A stretch of DNA of 20,000 bases from Myxococcota bacterium (GTDB lineage Bacteria > Myxococcota > Myxococcia > Myxococcales > Myxococcaceae), in contig JBMORE010000166.1 in NCBI GenBank assembly GCA_049322255.1, positions 44,060-64,059 of the forward strand, in the 5' to 3' direction. The notes beneath the pieces were generated by a model. The model did not search any database. It was given only the letters and a program-made list of their open reading frames with translations, and was not told the origin of the DNA. Every line of letters starts with the position of its first letter. The stretch's first letter is position 1. The translations under genes and the position numbers were made by a program. Below, piece after piece: positions 1-7,594 of this stretch.

Positions 1-128
1 CCACCCAGCTGTCGTCGGATGGAGGGTTTTGTCAGACCTCGACGGCGAGCACCTACGGCGGCGACCCCGACGCGGGCACTCCGGGCCAGCGGGGCACGCC
101 CGGCCTTCCCAACGAGCTGTGCCCATGA
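1..128 (+). CDS. 3' end of an upstream gene (partial); resembles the C-terminus of lamin-tail-domain secreted proteins
   Basis: Frame from position 3 reads TQLSSDGGFCQTSTASTYGGDPDAGTPGQRGTPGLPNELCP* (TGA 126-128). The C...YG...GTPG.PN..C ending is typical of myxobacterial LTD-containing proteins. Not in the ORF track because the start is outside the window. Confidence 0.55.
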   Translation, partial: TQLSSDGGFCQTSTASTYGGDPDAGTPGQRGTPGLPNELCP

Positions 129-132
129 ACCC

Positions 133-165
133 CCCTCTCCCCCTGGGAGAGGGTAAGGGTGAGGG
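133..165. repeat. REP-like palindromic intergenic repeat (CCCTCACCC..CCCTCTCCC..GGGAGAGGG family)
   Basis: CCCTCTCCCCCTGGGAGAGGGTAAGGGTGAGGG: hairpin CCCTCTCCC/GGGAGAGGG plus a GGGTGAGGG tail, directly after a stop codon. Confidence 0.75.
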
Positions 166-203
166 ACGTGAGCTGGAAGGCAATCCAGCTCTCCTGAAAC
201 TTC

Positions 204-366
204 AACAGCCGGGAGCGGGATCGGGAGCGGGAGCGGCTTCGGGCCCGGGGACGGGCCGGATTCACTGCGGTGGGAACGGCGACAGTCGCGCCGCGCACGT
301 GCCCGGCAACGATCCCCGTACCCGGTCCCCTTCCCGCGAACGAACCCGCTCCCGCTCCCGGCTGTT
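204..366. repeat. 163-bp segment bounded by a perfect 17-bp inverted repeat, built from CGGGAG-type hexamers
   Basis: AACAGCCGGGAGCGGGA (204-220) is the exact reverse complement of TCCCGCTCCCGGCTGTT (350-366). Hexamer tandems CGGGA(G/T) continue inward. Confidence 0.7.
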
Positions 367-832
367 CAGCAAGAGCCCCTTCGTCTTGGCAGCGCTGCTG
401 TGGACCGGCTGCTCCGCGCCGCCGTGCGGCCCCACCACCGGGGTGGTTGCCTCGGTCTCCGACGGGGACACCATCACCTTGGAGAGTGGAGAAAAAGTGC
501 GCTACCTGATGGTGGACACCCCGGAGACCAGCGGCACCGCCGAGTGCTACGGCCCGGAAGCGCGCACATTCAACCAGTCACTGGTGGTCGGCCGCGCGGT
601 GACATTGCGCTACGACCAAGAGTGCACCGACCGCTTCGAGCGGCTGCTCGCCTACGTCTCGGTGGACGGGCGGGAGGTGAACACCCTTCTCGTGGAGCGC
701 GGCTTCGCCTGCGTGCTCCACCTGCCGCCCAACGGCGACGACCGACTGGAGGAGTATCAGGCCCTCCAGGCCAAGGCCCAGTCCCAGAAGCAGGGCCTGT
801 GGGGAGCGTGCGCGACCAGTCCTTGCGGCTGA
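299..832 (+). CDS. Thermonuclease (SNase-like) family lipoprotein
   Basis: Motifs VSDGDTI, VRYLMVDTPE, DRFERLLAYV, VNTLLVERGFA and QGLWG; lipobox-like LLWTGC. Start is uncertain (GTG 299 chosen; the track start at 29 overlaps the upstream gene and repeats). Confidence 0.88.
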   Translation: MPGNDPRTRSPSRERTRSRSRLFSKSPFVLAALLWTGCSAPPCGPTTGVVASVSDGDTITLESGEKVRYLMVDTPETSGTAECYGPEARTFNQSLVVGRAVTLRYDQECTDRFERLLAYVSVDGREVNTLLVERGFACVLHLPPNGDDRLEEYQALQAKAQSQKQGLWGACATSPCG

Positions 833-851
833 GATTCGAAGAGCGTGCTCG

Positions 852-2273
852 CTACGGGTGGGCGACGTCGGCGGCGGTAAACCAGAGCGCTTGACCCGCG
901 TTGACCGCGGCGCGCACCGACTTGTCGGCCTGACCCCAAGCAGAGAACAACGCGAGGTGCACCCGCGGCGCTCCGCCGAGCTCGGCGGCGATCAGGCCTG
1001 CCCGAGTGCGCAGAGCGGACAGGTCCTCCCTCGTGACCGCGCCGCACTTGCACTCGCCGACCAAAAGATCGCCGTGGGCATCGACCGCCACGATGTCGAC
1101 TTGGTTTTGCGAGTGAGGATCCCACCACTCGCCGACCCGCATCGGGTGAATGGGCAACCGCTCTGTGTGGCGTACGAACTGACGACACACCTCTTCAAAG
1201 ACGGGACCCACGTGGGAAGAAAGGCGCGGTGCGATCGATTCCTTCCAGAGGCGATGGGGGGGAACCAAGCCGATGCTCCCCGCCTGGAGCAGAGGAGCGA
1301 TTTCGCGGTGCCAGAAGGTGACGTAGGGGTCGCTGATCCGATAGAGCGCGCGTTTTGAGCGCTGGGGCGCCTTTTCGGTCATCGGGACGATGCGCTCCAC
1401 CAGCCCCATGTCCTCCAGCCAGCGCAAGGGTCGCAAGAGAGAGCCACCGGTCTGCCCCACACGTTTGGTGATGCCACTCCAGGTTTGCTCCCCGAGGGAG
1501 ATGGCCTCGAGAATCGAGTAGTGGATTCGGGCGTCCGCAAGAAAAGCGTCGAGCATGTGCTGCGCGTTGTCCACCAGTGGCCCAGACGGATCGAGCAGGG
1601 CCTCACCGATGTTTTCGGTGAGCGAAACCTTCGGGTCGAGAATGGCGAGGTTTCCGGGCAGGTTGCCGAACACGGCGTAGGCCTCGAGCTGTTCCCGAAT
1701 GCCGTATTCGGGCAGGAATGCACGGGCGTCGGCGAAGGAGAATGGACCGAAGAAAAGGCGAGACGTGCGGCGCCCGTACAGCGGTTGGTCGGGACCCTCG
1801 AGCGCGCGCATGGCGGTGACGAAAGAGCCGCTCAGGACCAGCTTGAACCGTCCATCCGCCCACGGATGATCCCAGGATTTTTGGAGGATGGATGGCAGAG
1901 CAGGGGTCGCGGAAACGAGGTAGGGAAACTCATCCAGCACCAGCAGAAAAGACCTGTTCTGCGTGCGCTCCGTCAGGTAGTCGAGCAACCTTTCCCACGA
2001 AGGAAAGGCGACCCCCTGGCGAAGCGCGGGATCGTCGAAGCGCTCGCCGACGAGGCGCGTGAGCTGTAAAAGCTGTTCGGCTTCCGTGCGCTTGGTTGCT
2101 TGGTAATACAGTCCTCCCACTTCCCGGGCGAAGCGGGACAGCACGAAGCTCTTTCCCACCCGGCGGCGGCCGAGGACGAAGACGAGCTGCGGGCGCCGGC
2201 GGCCCCACAGGGTGGCAAGGGTGCGCCATTCCGCGTCCCGGTCGTAGACATCTGAGGGTTTAGAGGGTTCCAA
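852..2273 (-). CDS. ATP-binding protein (archaeal-type ATPase_2/AAA) with winged helix, DUF234 and C-terminal PD-(D/E)XK-like domain
   Basis: Walker A GRRRVGKS, Walker B LLVLDEFPYL, LVLSGS, PLYGRRT, YRISDPYVTFW, FEEVCRQ, and QVDIVAV..LVGECK. Confidence 0.88.
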   Translation of the reverse strand: MEPSKPSDVYDRDAEWRTLATLWGRRRPQLVFVLGRRRVGKSFVLSRFAREVGGLYYQATKRTEAEQLLQLTRLVGERFDDPALRQGVAFPSWERLLDYLTERTQNRSFLLVLDEFPYLVSATPALPSILQKSWDHPWADGRFKLVLSGSFVTAMRALEGPDQPLYGRRTSRLFFGPFSFADARAFLPEYGIREQLEAYAVFGNLPGNLAILDPKVSLTENIGEALLDPSGPLVDNAQHMLDAFLADARIHYSILEAISLGEQTWSGITKRVGQTGGSLLRPLRWLEDMGLVERIVPMTEKAPQRSKRALYRISDPYVTFWHREIAPLLQAGSIGLVPPHRLWKESIAPRLSSHVGPVFEEVCRQFVRHTERLPIHPMRVGEWWDPHSQNQVDIVAVDAHGDLLVGECKCGAVTREDLSALRTRAGLIAAELGGAPRVHLALFSAWGQADKSVRAAVNAGQALWFTAADVAHP

Positions 2274-2312
2274 CTTCTAAAGTTCCATTAATGGAAGTTC
2301 CAATAGTGGAAC
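2267..2312. promoter_or_regulatory. Operator-like array overlapping the ATPase start and promoter
   Basis: GTTCCA at 2267, 2282 and 2297 (15-bp period); perfect palindrome TTCCATTAATGGAA at 2283-2296; inverted repeat GTTCCA-ATAG-TGGAAC at 2297-2312; AT-rich patch in GC-rich DNA. Confidence 0.55.
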
Positions 2313-2362
2313 ATTTAACCGGGTTCGGTCAAGCCGACTGATCACAGCAAGTCCGCCGTCGG

Positions 2363-2602
2363 TCAGCGACCGGAAGGTGGAGGAAGCGACGGAGGAGGAG
2401 GGGGCGGCGGGCTGAAGCGGCTGTGGCAAAAACTGGTCGTCGGAGTCGGTGGCTCCCCCGGACTAGGCGCGACGCCCTGGGTCGCCTGCCAGATCCGACG
2501 TTCACCCCAGCCACACCCGTCCATCGGCTGCACGTGCCACAACGCGGCACCGACCCCTGCGGCAGCCGCTGCGACGATAGTGATCCATCCAATTCTTGCC
2601 AT
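2363..2602 (-). CDS. Small hypothetical protein with N-terminal hydrophobic helix and Pro-rich tail
   Basis: ATG start, MARIGWITIVAAAAAGVGAALW signal/TM segment; fills the intergenic space without overlaps. Confidence 0.45.
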   Translation of the reverse strand: MARIGWITIVAAAAAGVGAALWHVQPMDGCGWGERRIWQATQGVAPSPGEPPTPTTSFCHSRFSPPPPPPPSLPPPSGR

Positions 2603-2725
2603 CGTTCAATCCCTTGGTGCGAGCAGGATCTACCATCAACGCGCGAGGTCGCGAAGTGAAGTTCAGTTTTGAGGAGTGGCCGTCTCTGGCGCTCGCGGCG
2701 GGTCCTGTGCATTGATGAGCGGGTG

Positions 2726-4096
2726 ATGCGCGTGAGACGTTTCGCGGGGCTCTGGCTAACGGCCGTCGCGGTTCTTCACGGCTGCAGCTGCGACGATGTC
2801 TGCGCCCGCGCGACTGGGTACGACGGTCAGCCAGATTCGGAAGGGCTTCCTGTCTTCCCGGGAGCGGAGGGATACGGAACGCGCACCCCGGCTGGGCGGG
2901 CGGGTCGAACGCTCTTCGTGGAGAACCTCAACGACGATGGTCCGGGTTCTCTGCGCGCCGCGCTGGAGTCCGACTTCCCGCGAACGATCCTGTTTCGCAC
3001 CGGCGGCACCATCGAGCTCAGCCGGGATTTGGTCATCGCTTCCCCCTTCGTCACTGTCGCAGGACAAACGGCGCCCGGCCATGGCGTGACCTTGAAGAAC
3101 GCGAGCTTGGTGATTCAGACGCACGATGTGCTCGTTCGCTACCTGCGGGTTCGGCCGGGGGACGGAACGGGGCCCGCAGGCGAGGATCGCGATGGCATCA
3201 AGGTTCTCGGGAGGGACAGCGGTGGCGAGACGTACAACGTGGTCATCGACCACGTCTCGGTGAGCTGGGCCACGGATGAGAACATCTCCATCTGGTACGA
3301 CGCCCACGACGTGACCGTCTCATCGTCCATCATCGCCGAGGGGCTGTACTACTCCATTCACCCCGAGAAGCCGCACTCGATGGGCCTCATCACTGGGCCT
3401 CAGGCCACGCGCATCAGCCTGCTGCGAAATCTGATGTTCAACAACAATGCGCGCAACCCCTTCGTCACCGGCGGGGCGCTCCAGGTGGTGAACAACGTCA
3501 TCGTCAACTGGGGCGTCCTCGGCACCGACGCGCGAGGCCGTGAGCAAAGCATCCACGCGAACATCGTTGGCAACAGTTATCTGCCTGGCGTGCGTACCAA
3601 CCTCGGAGGAAGCCCGCTGCAGCTCTACTGCGAGAGCGACCAATACCATCTGTCAGGCAACGAGGGCCGTTTTCCGGACGGTTCCCTTCGCCGGGATTGG
3701 GAGCTGGTCACCGCGGGCGGCGGACTGACGAGCAGGGCGGGGCGAGCCGTCGACCTCTTTGCGGCTCCGCAGGCGACCGTGCTGTCCGCAGCGGAGGCGT
3801 TCGAGGCCGTCGTTGGCCAATCAGGCGCGCGCGTGCCGTTCACCGACCCGGTGGACCAGCGCATCGTGGTCTCGACCCGCGGGCAGGAGGGCGAAGCCGT
3901 GAGCTCTCCCCAAGACGTGGGCGGCTACCCGAGCTTGGAGCCGGGAGCCGCTCCGTTGGATCGAGACTCCGACGGGATACCCGATGGCGACGACCGGTTG
4001 CCCGAAGACTCGGAGAACGCTCTTCGTGACTTGAATGGCGATGGCTACAACGAGCTGGAGGAGTACATCGACGGTCTACTCCCCGGAGCGGGGTGA
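2726..4096 (+). CDS. Pectate lyase-like (PL1-type parallel beta-helix) lipoprotein
   Basis: FPGAEGYG..TPAGRAG, VENLNDDGPGSLRAA, TVAGQTAPG, VVIDHVSVSWATDEN, ARNP catalytic motif, C-terminal DRDSDGIPD / DLNGDGYNELEEY Ca-binding-type repeats; lipobox LHGC after ATG 2726. Confidence 0.85.
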   Translation: MRVRRFAGLWLTAVAVLHGCSCDDVCARATGYDGQPDSEGLPVFPGAEGYGTRTPAGRAGRTLFVENLNDDGPGSLRAALESDFPRTILFRTGGTIELSRDLVIASPFVTVAGQTAPGHGVTLKNASLVIQTHDVLVRYLRVRPGDGTGPAGEDRDGIKVLGRDSGGETYNVVIDHVSVSWATDENISIWYDAHDVTVSSSIIAEGLYYSIHPEKPHSMGLITGPQATRISLLRNLMFNNNARNPFVTGGALQVVNNVIVNWGVLGTDARGREQSIHANIVGNSYLPGVRTNLGGSPLQLYCESDQYHLSGNEGRFPDGSLRRDWELVTAGGGLTSRAGRAVDLFAAPQATVLSAAEAFEAVVGQSGARVPFTDPVDQRIVVSTRGQEGEAVSSPQDVGGYPSLEPGAAPLDRDSDGIPDGDDRLPEDSENALRDLNGDGYNELEEYIDGLLPGAG

Positions 4097-4119
4097 ACAA
4101 GAGGCGAACAACGCCCGAC

Positions 4120-4689
4120 TCAAAAGGCTACCCGAAGCGAGGGTTGAAGCACCCACGAGCCGCCCGACGTCCTGACCAGCGCCACCGTGGGCGTTGCCAC
4201 CGTCTCCCCGCCCTTGAACAGCTCCATCGACAGCATGGCGCCCAGCGCGGCGAAGGCGGGGGCGGCGAACATCGCCAACAGCACCGCGGCTGCCTCGTCG
4301 TCGGGTGTCAATGAGCGGCCCAGCAACAGCCCCACGCCCAGGCCGGCGAGCTCGCCCACTGCGGCACCCGCGGCGGAGAGCAAGAGGCTGGTGACGAAGC
4401 CGCGCTGGGAGAGGTCGAAGAGGCCAAAGGCCCACGCCGGACCGGCAGCGGCGAGCGCGGGAAGAAGGCCGATGAGGAGCACGTCGTTCGTGTCGGGCGG
4501 CAGGCTCACTCCTCCGCGGGGAAGGTTGAGGGCGATGCCGGCCAGAAGCCCAATGTAGCCGCCCGCCAGCCCCAGCCCCAGTTCGCCACCAGCGATGAGG
4601 AAGCTTGTGCTCTTCCTGGTTTCACTCACCCGGGAATGCTCGGTGGGACCAGCGGCGAGGTGGGCGGCGAGCAGGAGCGCGAGGGGCAT
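4120..4689 (-). CDS. Hypothetical membrane/exported protein with Gly/Ala-rich helices
   Basis: ATG 4689 gives MPLALLLAAHLAAG signal, several Gly-zipper-like hydrophobic segments, and a C-terminal amphipathic strand ending in F. The longer track ORF overlaps hepT. Confidence 0.7.
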   Translation of the reverse strand: MPLALLLAAHLAAGPTEHSRVSETRKSTSFLIAGGELGLGLAGGYIGLLAGIALNLPRGGVSLPPDTNDVLLIGLLPALAAAGPAWAFGLFDLSQRGFVTSLLLSAAGAAVGELAGLGVGLLLGRSLTPDDEAAAVLLAMFAAPAFAALGAMLSMELFKGGETVATPTVALVRTSGGSWVLQPSLRVAF

Positions 4690-4750
4690 AGGCGCGCAGC
4701 ATACCTGGTGGGTGCCGATTTCGAGCGCTGACGAGCCGGAAGCGTGGAGC

Positions 4751-5155
4751 TCATGGTGCGCCGGCCCGGAGCATTTCCGCGGCGAACCGCTCGAGGCGAG
4801 CCAAGTCGCGCAGCGCCGCGTCGACCCGTTTCCAGTCGACGTCGGTGTACTGATGGACGAGCACGTTTCGGAGCCCCACCGCCTCGCGCAGCTGCTTCGC
4901 CAGCTCACCGGTGACGATTCCGTGGCGGGCGAGGATGTCGAACTCTTCGCCCACCGTTCCCGGAGCGCCGAGGCCCCGGTCGGCAATCAGATGCTCTGCC
5001 AAGTCCGAGCAGAGCTCCACCGCCAGCACCAGGTAATAGGCCGCCAGGTCTCGTTCTTGCTCGTGCGGCGGCAGACCGCTCGGCGCGAGTGCCAAGAGCT
5101 TCGACAGGCGCTCCGAGAGGCGCTCTACCTTCCGGCGCATGACCTCCGCCGTCAT
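4751..5155 (-). CDS. hepT: HEPN (DUF86) RNase toxin, type VII TA system
   Basis: GLRNVLVHQY matches RX4HXY; ATG 5155 overlaps the mntA stop (ATGA); 134 aa. Confidence 0.9.
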   Translation of the reverse strand: MTAEVMRRKVERLSERLSKLLALAPSGLPPHEQERDLAAYYLVLAVELCSDLAEHLIADRGLGAPGTVGEEFDILARHGIVTGELAKQLREAVGLRNVLVHQYTDVDWKRVDAALRDLARLERFAAEMLRAGAP

Positions 5156-5553
5156 GGGTGGTGCTCCAGGAGACGCTTGATCCGCGCGTCGGTACACCGC
5201 CGCCACCTCGGGCCCCATTCTCGCCACTCGCGGAATGCCGCTCGCCGAAACTCGACCCAGTCTTCGTGTCGTCCGGCGATTTGCACGCCTTTGCTGATCT
5301 CGAGCTTCAAGAGGATATCGAGCGGATCGTCGAGGAATACCACGTCGACCCTTCGACCGACCGCCTTCGAGAGGTCCGCGACGAGCCCTCCGAGCTCCCA
5401 GCCGACGACCGGGCGCGTCAACCGCAGCGCGACATCGACGTCGCTCTTCGGCGAAAGCTCTCCTCGCGCCGCGGAGCCGAAGACGGCCGCAAGCCGGACA
5501 TCGGGCCGCCCCGCAAGCTCCTCGGTCAGCCGCGCAACGGCGTCGTCCATCAT
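5152..5553 (-). CDS. mntA: Minimal nucleotidyltransferase antitoxin, type VII TA system
   Basis: VFGSAARGELSPKSDVDVA matches GSX10DXD, followed by RRVDVVFL; lies immediately upstream of the HEPN gene. Confidence 0.9.
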   Translation of the reverse strand: MMDDAVARLTEELAGRPDVRLAAVFGSAARGELSPKSDVDVALRLTRPVVGWELGGLVADLSKAVGRRVDVVFLDDPLDILLKLEISKGVQIAGRHEDWVEFRRAAFREWREWGPRWRRCTDARIKRLLEHHP

Positions 5554-5812
5554 GTGGCCACGTTAGGAGCGCGGTTCCCCTGCGTCAACGCGCGCTGATG
5601 GCCACTCACGGTGCAGCGCGTCTCGCCCTCGCACAGGTCGAGGAGGGTGACGAAGCAGCCGCTGTGGCTGAAAAGAGGAGCGAGTGGGTCAGCAAGCGGG
5701 ACATGGGGACTCCGGGCGCTTCGGTTTTGGGCAGGCAGGCGGGCGAGTGGGCGCATGCGGGGCAGAGCCCTTTGGGGGGAACGGCCGGAAGAAAACCTGT
5801 GTTGGTCTTCTC

Positions 5813-6064
5813 ATGGATAGCTCGCTGCATGAGGAGTGGACGTCTCCCACCGGGTGGCGCCGAAGCCTGCGGCGGGTGCTGATTGGCGTCGCTGGAGGGC
5901 TGGTGTTGGCGGCGGGAGTGGTGATGGTGGTGCTGCCCGGGCCGGCGGTGCTGGTCATCCCCGCGGGGCTGGGCATTCTCGCCGCCGAGTTCCCCTGGGC
6001 CAAAAGCCTGCTTCGCCGGGTGCGCTTTCGGCTGCGGCGGGTGTTTCGCCGCCGTCGACGTTGA
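5813..6064 (+). CDS. PGPGW-domain small membrane protein
   Basis: GVVMVVLPGPAVLVIPAGLGILAAEFPWA hairpin followed by an Arg-rich tail; ATG 5813. Confidence 0.85.
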   Translation: MDSSLHEEWTSPTGWRRSLRRVLIGVAGGLVLAAGVVMVVLPGPAVLVIPAGLGILAAEFPWAKSLLRRVRFRLRRVFRRRRR

Positions 6065-6067
6065 CGG

Positions 6068-6679
6068 TCAACGCTGCTTGAGCGTCCCCAGGAGGGCGTC
6101 AATCCACCGGTGGCTGATGCCGAAGTTCATGGTGGGGTCGGCGAAGTGGTGCGCCATGTGGTGGCTGCGAATGGCCTTGCCCCACGGGGTCTTCGGGGTG
6201 CGGAAGTGGGTGGACCAGTGGGTGAAGTCGTAGAAGAGGTAACCGGCCACGATGCCGCAGAAGTAGGGGAGGGTGGCGGCGGGCCGACCCACCAGCGCGA
6301 GCAGGCCGCCGATGACCAGCGCCAGGGGAATGCTGCCGCCCAGAGGCATCACCAGCCGCGCCTCGTCGTCGGGGTACTTGTGGTGGTAGCCGTGCACGAT
6401 GTCGTGGATGCGCCGGCTGATGGGCCCGTTCCCCTCCCAATGGAAGTAGAAGCGGTGAATGGAGTACTCCATGAAGGACCAGGTGAGCCAGCCGAGCGCC
6501 GTGAATGCCACCGCCCACTTCCAGGTGGTGAGCCCGCTGTACAGCCCGTACCCCATCAGCCCGGTGACGATGGGGATGTAGAAGAGGAAGGGGGTGGAGG
6601 GGTGGACGCGAGAGCAAGCCTCGAGGAAGGAGTTCTCGAACATCCGCGTGGACGCGTGACGGGAGTAGTCCATCTTCAT
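6068..6679 (-). CDS. Fatty acid hydroxylase / sterol desaturase family protein (FA2H-like)
   Basis: His boxes EYSIHRFYFH, HGYHHKYP, YDFTHWSTH and HHMAHHF; RLVMP and NFGIS motifs. Confidence 0.92.
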   Translation of the reverse strand: MKMDYSRHASTRMFENSFLEACSRVHPSTPFLFYIPIVTGLMGYGLYSGLTTWKWAVAFTALGWLTWSFMEYSIHRFYFHWEGNGPISRRIHDIVHGYHHKYPDDEARLVMPLGGSIPLALVIGGLLALVGRPAATLPYFCGIVAGYLFYDFTHWSTHFRTPKTPWGKAIRSHHMAHHFADPTMNFGISHRWIDALLGTLKQR

Positions 6680-6691
6680 GGCCGCGGCTGT

Positions 6692-7594
6692 CTAGTCGAT
6701 TTCGGCCGGCGCTGACAATCTCTGGCAGCGCTGAATGGCTCCCTGGAGCTGCTCGGTGGAGAAGGGAGGCCGAAGGTAAATACGCGCCCCGCACGCCTTG
6801 GCGTCGGCGATGTCCAGGTCGTCTTTCACCCCGCAGATGATGAGCTGGGCGGAAAGTCGGGTGCCGGGAGGAAGCGCGCTTTGCAAGCCCAAGGTCGAGG
6901 CGATGAGCACCTCGTCGGGGCCGAGCGTCTCCAGTTGGTCGTCAGCCACCGGCTCAGCGGGGATGCCGGAGCGTTGAATCATCATTTGCAACGCGCGCAT
7001 CGCCGCCTCGTGCCAGCCGAACATTCGCACCGGCCGCGCAGGGGTGGCGTCTTTGCTTTCCTCCTCCACGGCCAGCTCGAGCTCGGCCTCAGTGGCGATG
7101 CCGACCGGTCGGGTGGGAGGCGGTTCGGCCGGCGGAGGCTCGTCCTCCTTGCCGTAGTAGAGCTTGGCGATGGCGCGCTCAATCTCGTCGTCGTGCGCAA
7201 GGTGCACCACCACCCGGCTCTTGCCGGAAACCGTGCGCAAGGCGTCGAGGGTCTCCATGTCGGCCGGAGCAGCCACCGCCGCCACCAACACCTCGCCGCG
7301 CTTGCCCTCCAGACGTAAAGGAACGGCACGCAACTTCTCGGCGCTGCGCACCGGAAGGACGTGGACCAGCTTGGACTGCAAGGTTTTCATGTCCAACCGC
7401 AGCACCGGGTGCCCGGTCTGGATGGACAGCGCCCGCATCACGTCGTCTTTGGAGCAGAACTGCTTTTCCACCACCGCCTTCCCCAGGCGTACGCCCCACT
7501 GCTGGTGATGGCCGAGCGCCGACTGCAGCTGCAGCTGGTCGATGGCGCCCATCTCCAGGAGGATTTCTCCCAGCTTTTTCTTGGTGCCTGCCAC
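6692..7594 (-). CDS. MshEN / T2SSE_N domain protein without ATPase; degenerate receiver-like C-terminus
   Basis: Tandem KLGEILLEMGAIDQLQLQSALGHHQ / RLGKAVVEKQFCSKDDVMRALSIQ motifs, AVPL..VAAPAD, and C-terminal AKACGARIYLRPPFSTEQL; no Walker A; GTG start 7594. Confidence 0.82.
   Translation of the reverse strand: MAGTKKKLGEILLEMGAIDQLQLQSALGHHQQWGVRLGKAVVEKQFCSKDDVMRALSIQTGHPVLRLDMKTLQSKLVHVLPVRSAEKLRAVPLRLEGKRGEVLVAAVAAPADMETLDALRTVSGKSRVVVHLAHDDEIERAIAKLYYGKEDEPPPAEPPPTRPVGIATEAELELAVEEESKDATPARPVRMFGWHEAAMRALQMMIQRSGIPAEPVADDQLETLGPDEVLIASTLGLQSALPPGTRLSAQLIICGVKDDLDIADAKACGARIYLRPPFSTEQLQGAIQRCQRLSAPAEID

Noticed and set aside
29..298. N-terminal extension of the 267-aa nuclease ORF
   Set aside because: Overlaps the upstream gene's end and translates REP and hexamer repeats (PLPLGEGKGEG, GAGSGAGA).
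2267..2312. CRISPR-like mini-array or pyrrolysine read-through of the in-frame TAG
   Set aside because: Units are 6 bp with 9-bp spacers and there are no cas genes; read-through would add only 5 residues and nothing supports pyl machinery.
4595..5566. Long + strand ORF antisense to the TA genes (and similar shadows such as 13628-14758 and 17188-18282)
   Set aside because: Typical stop-poor antisense frames of high-GC genes with no recognisable motifs.
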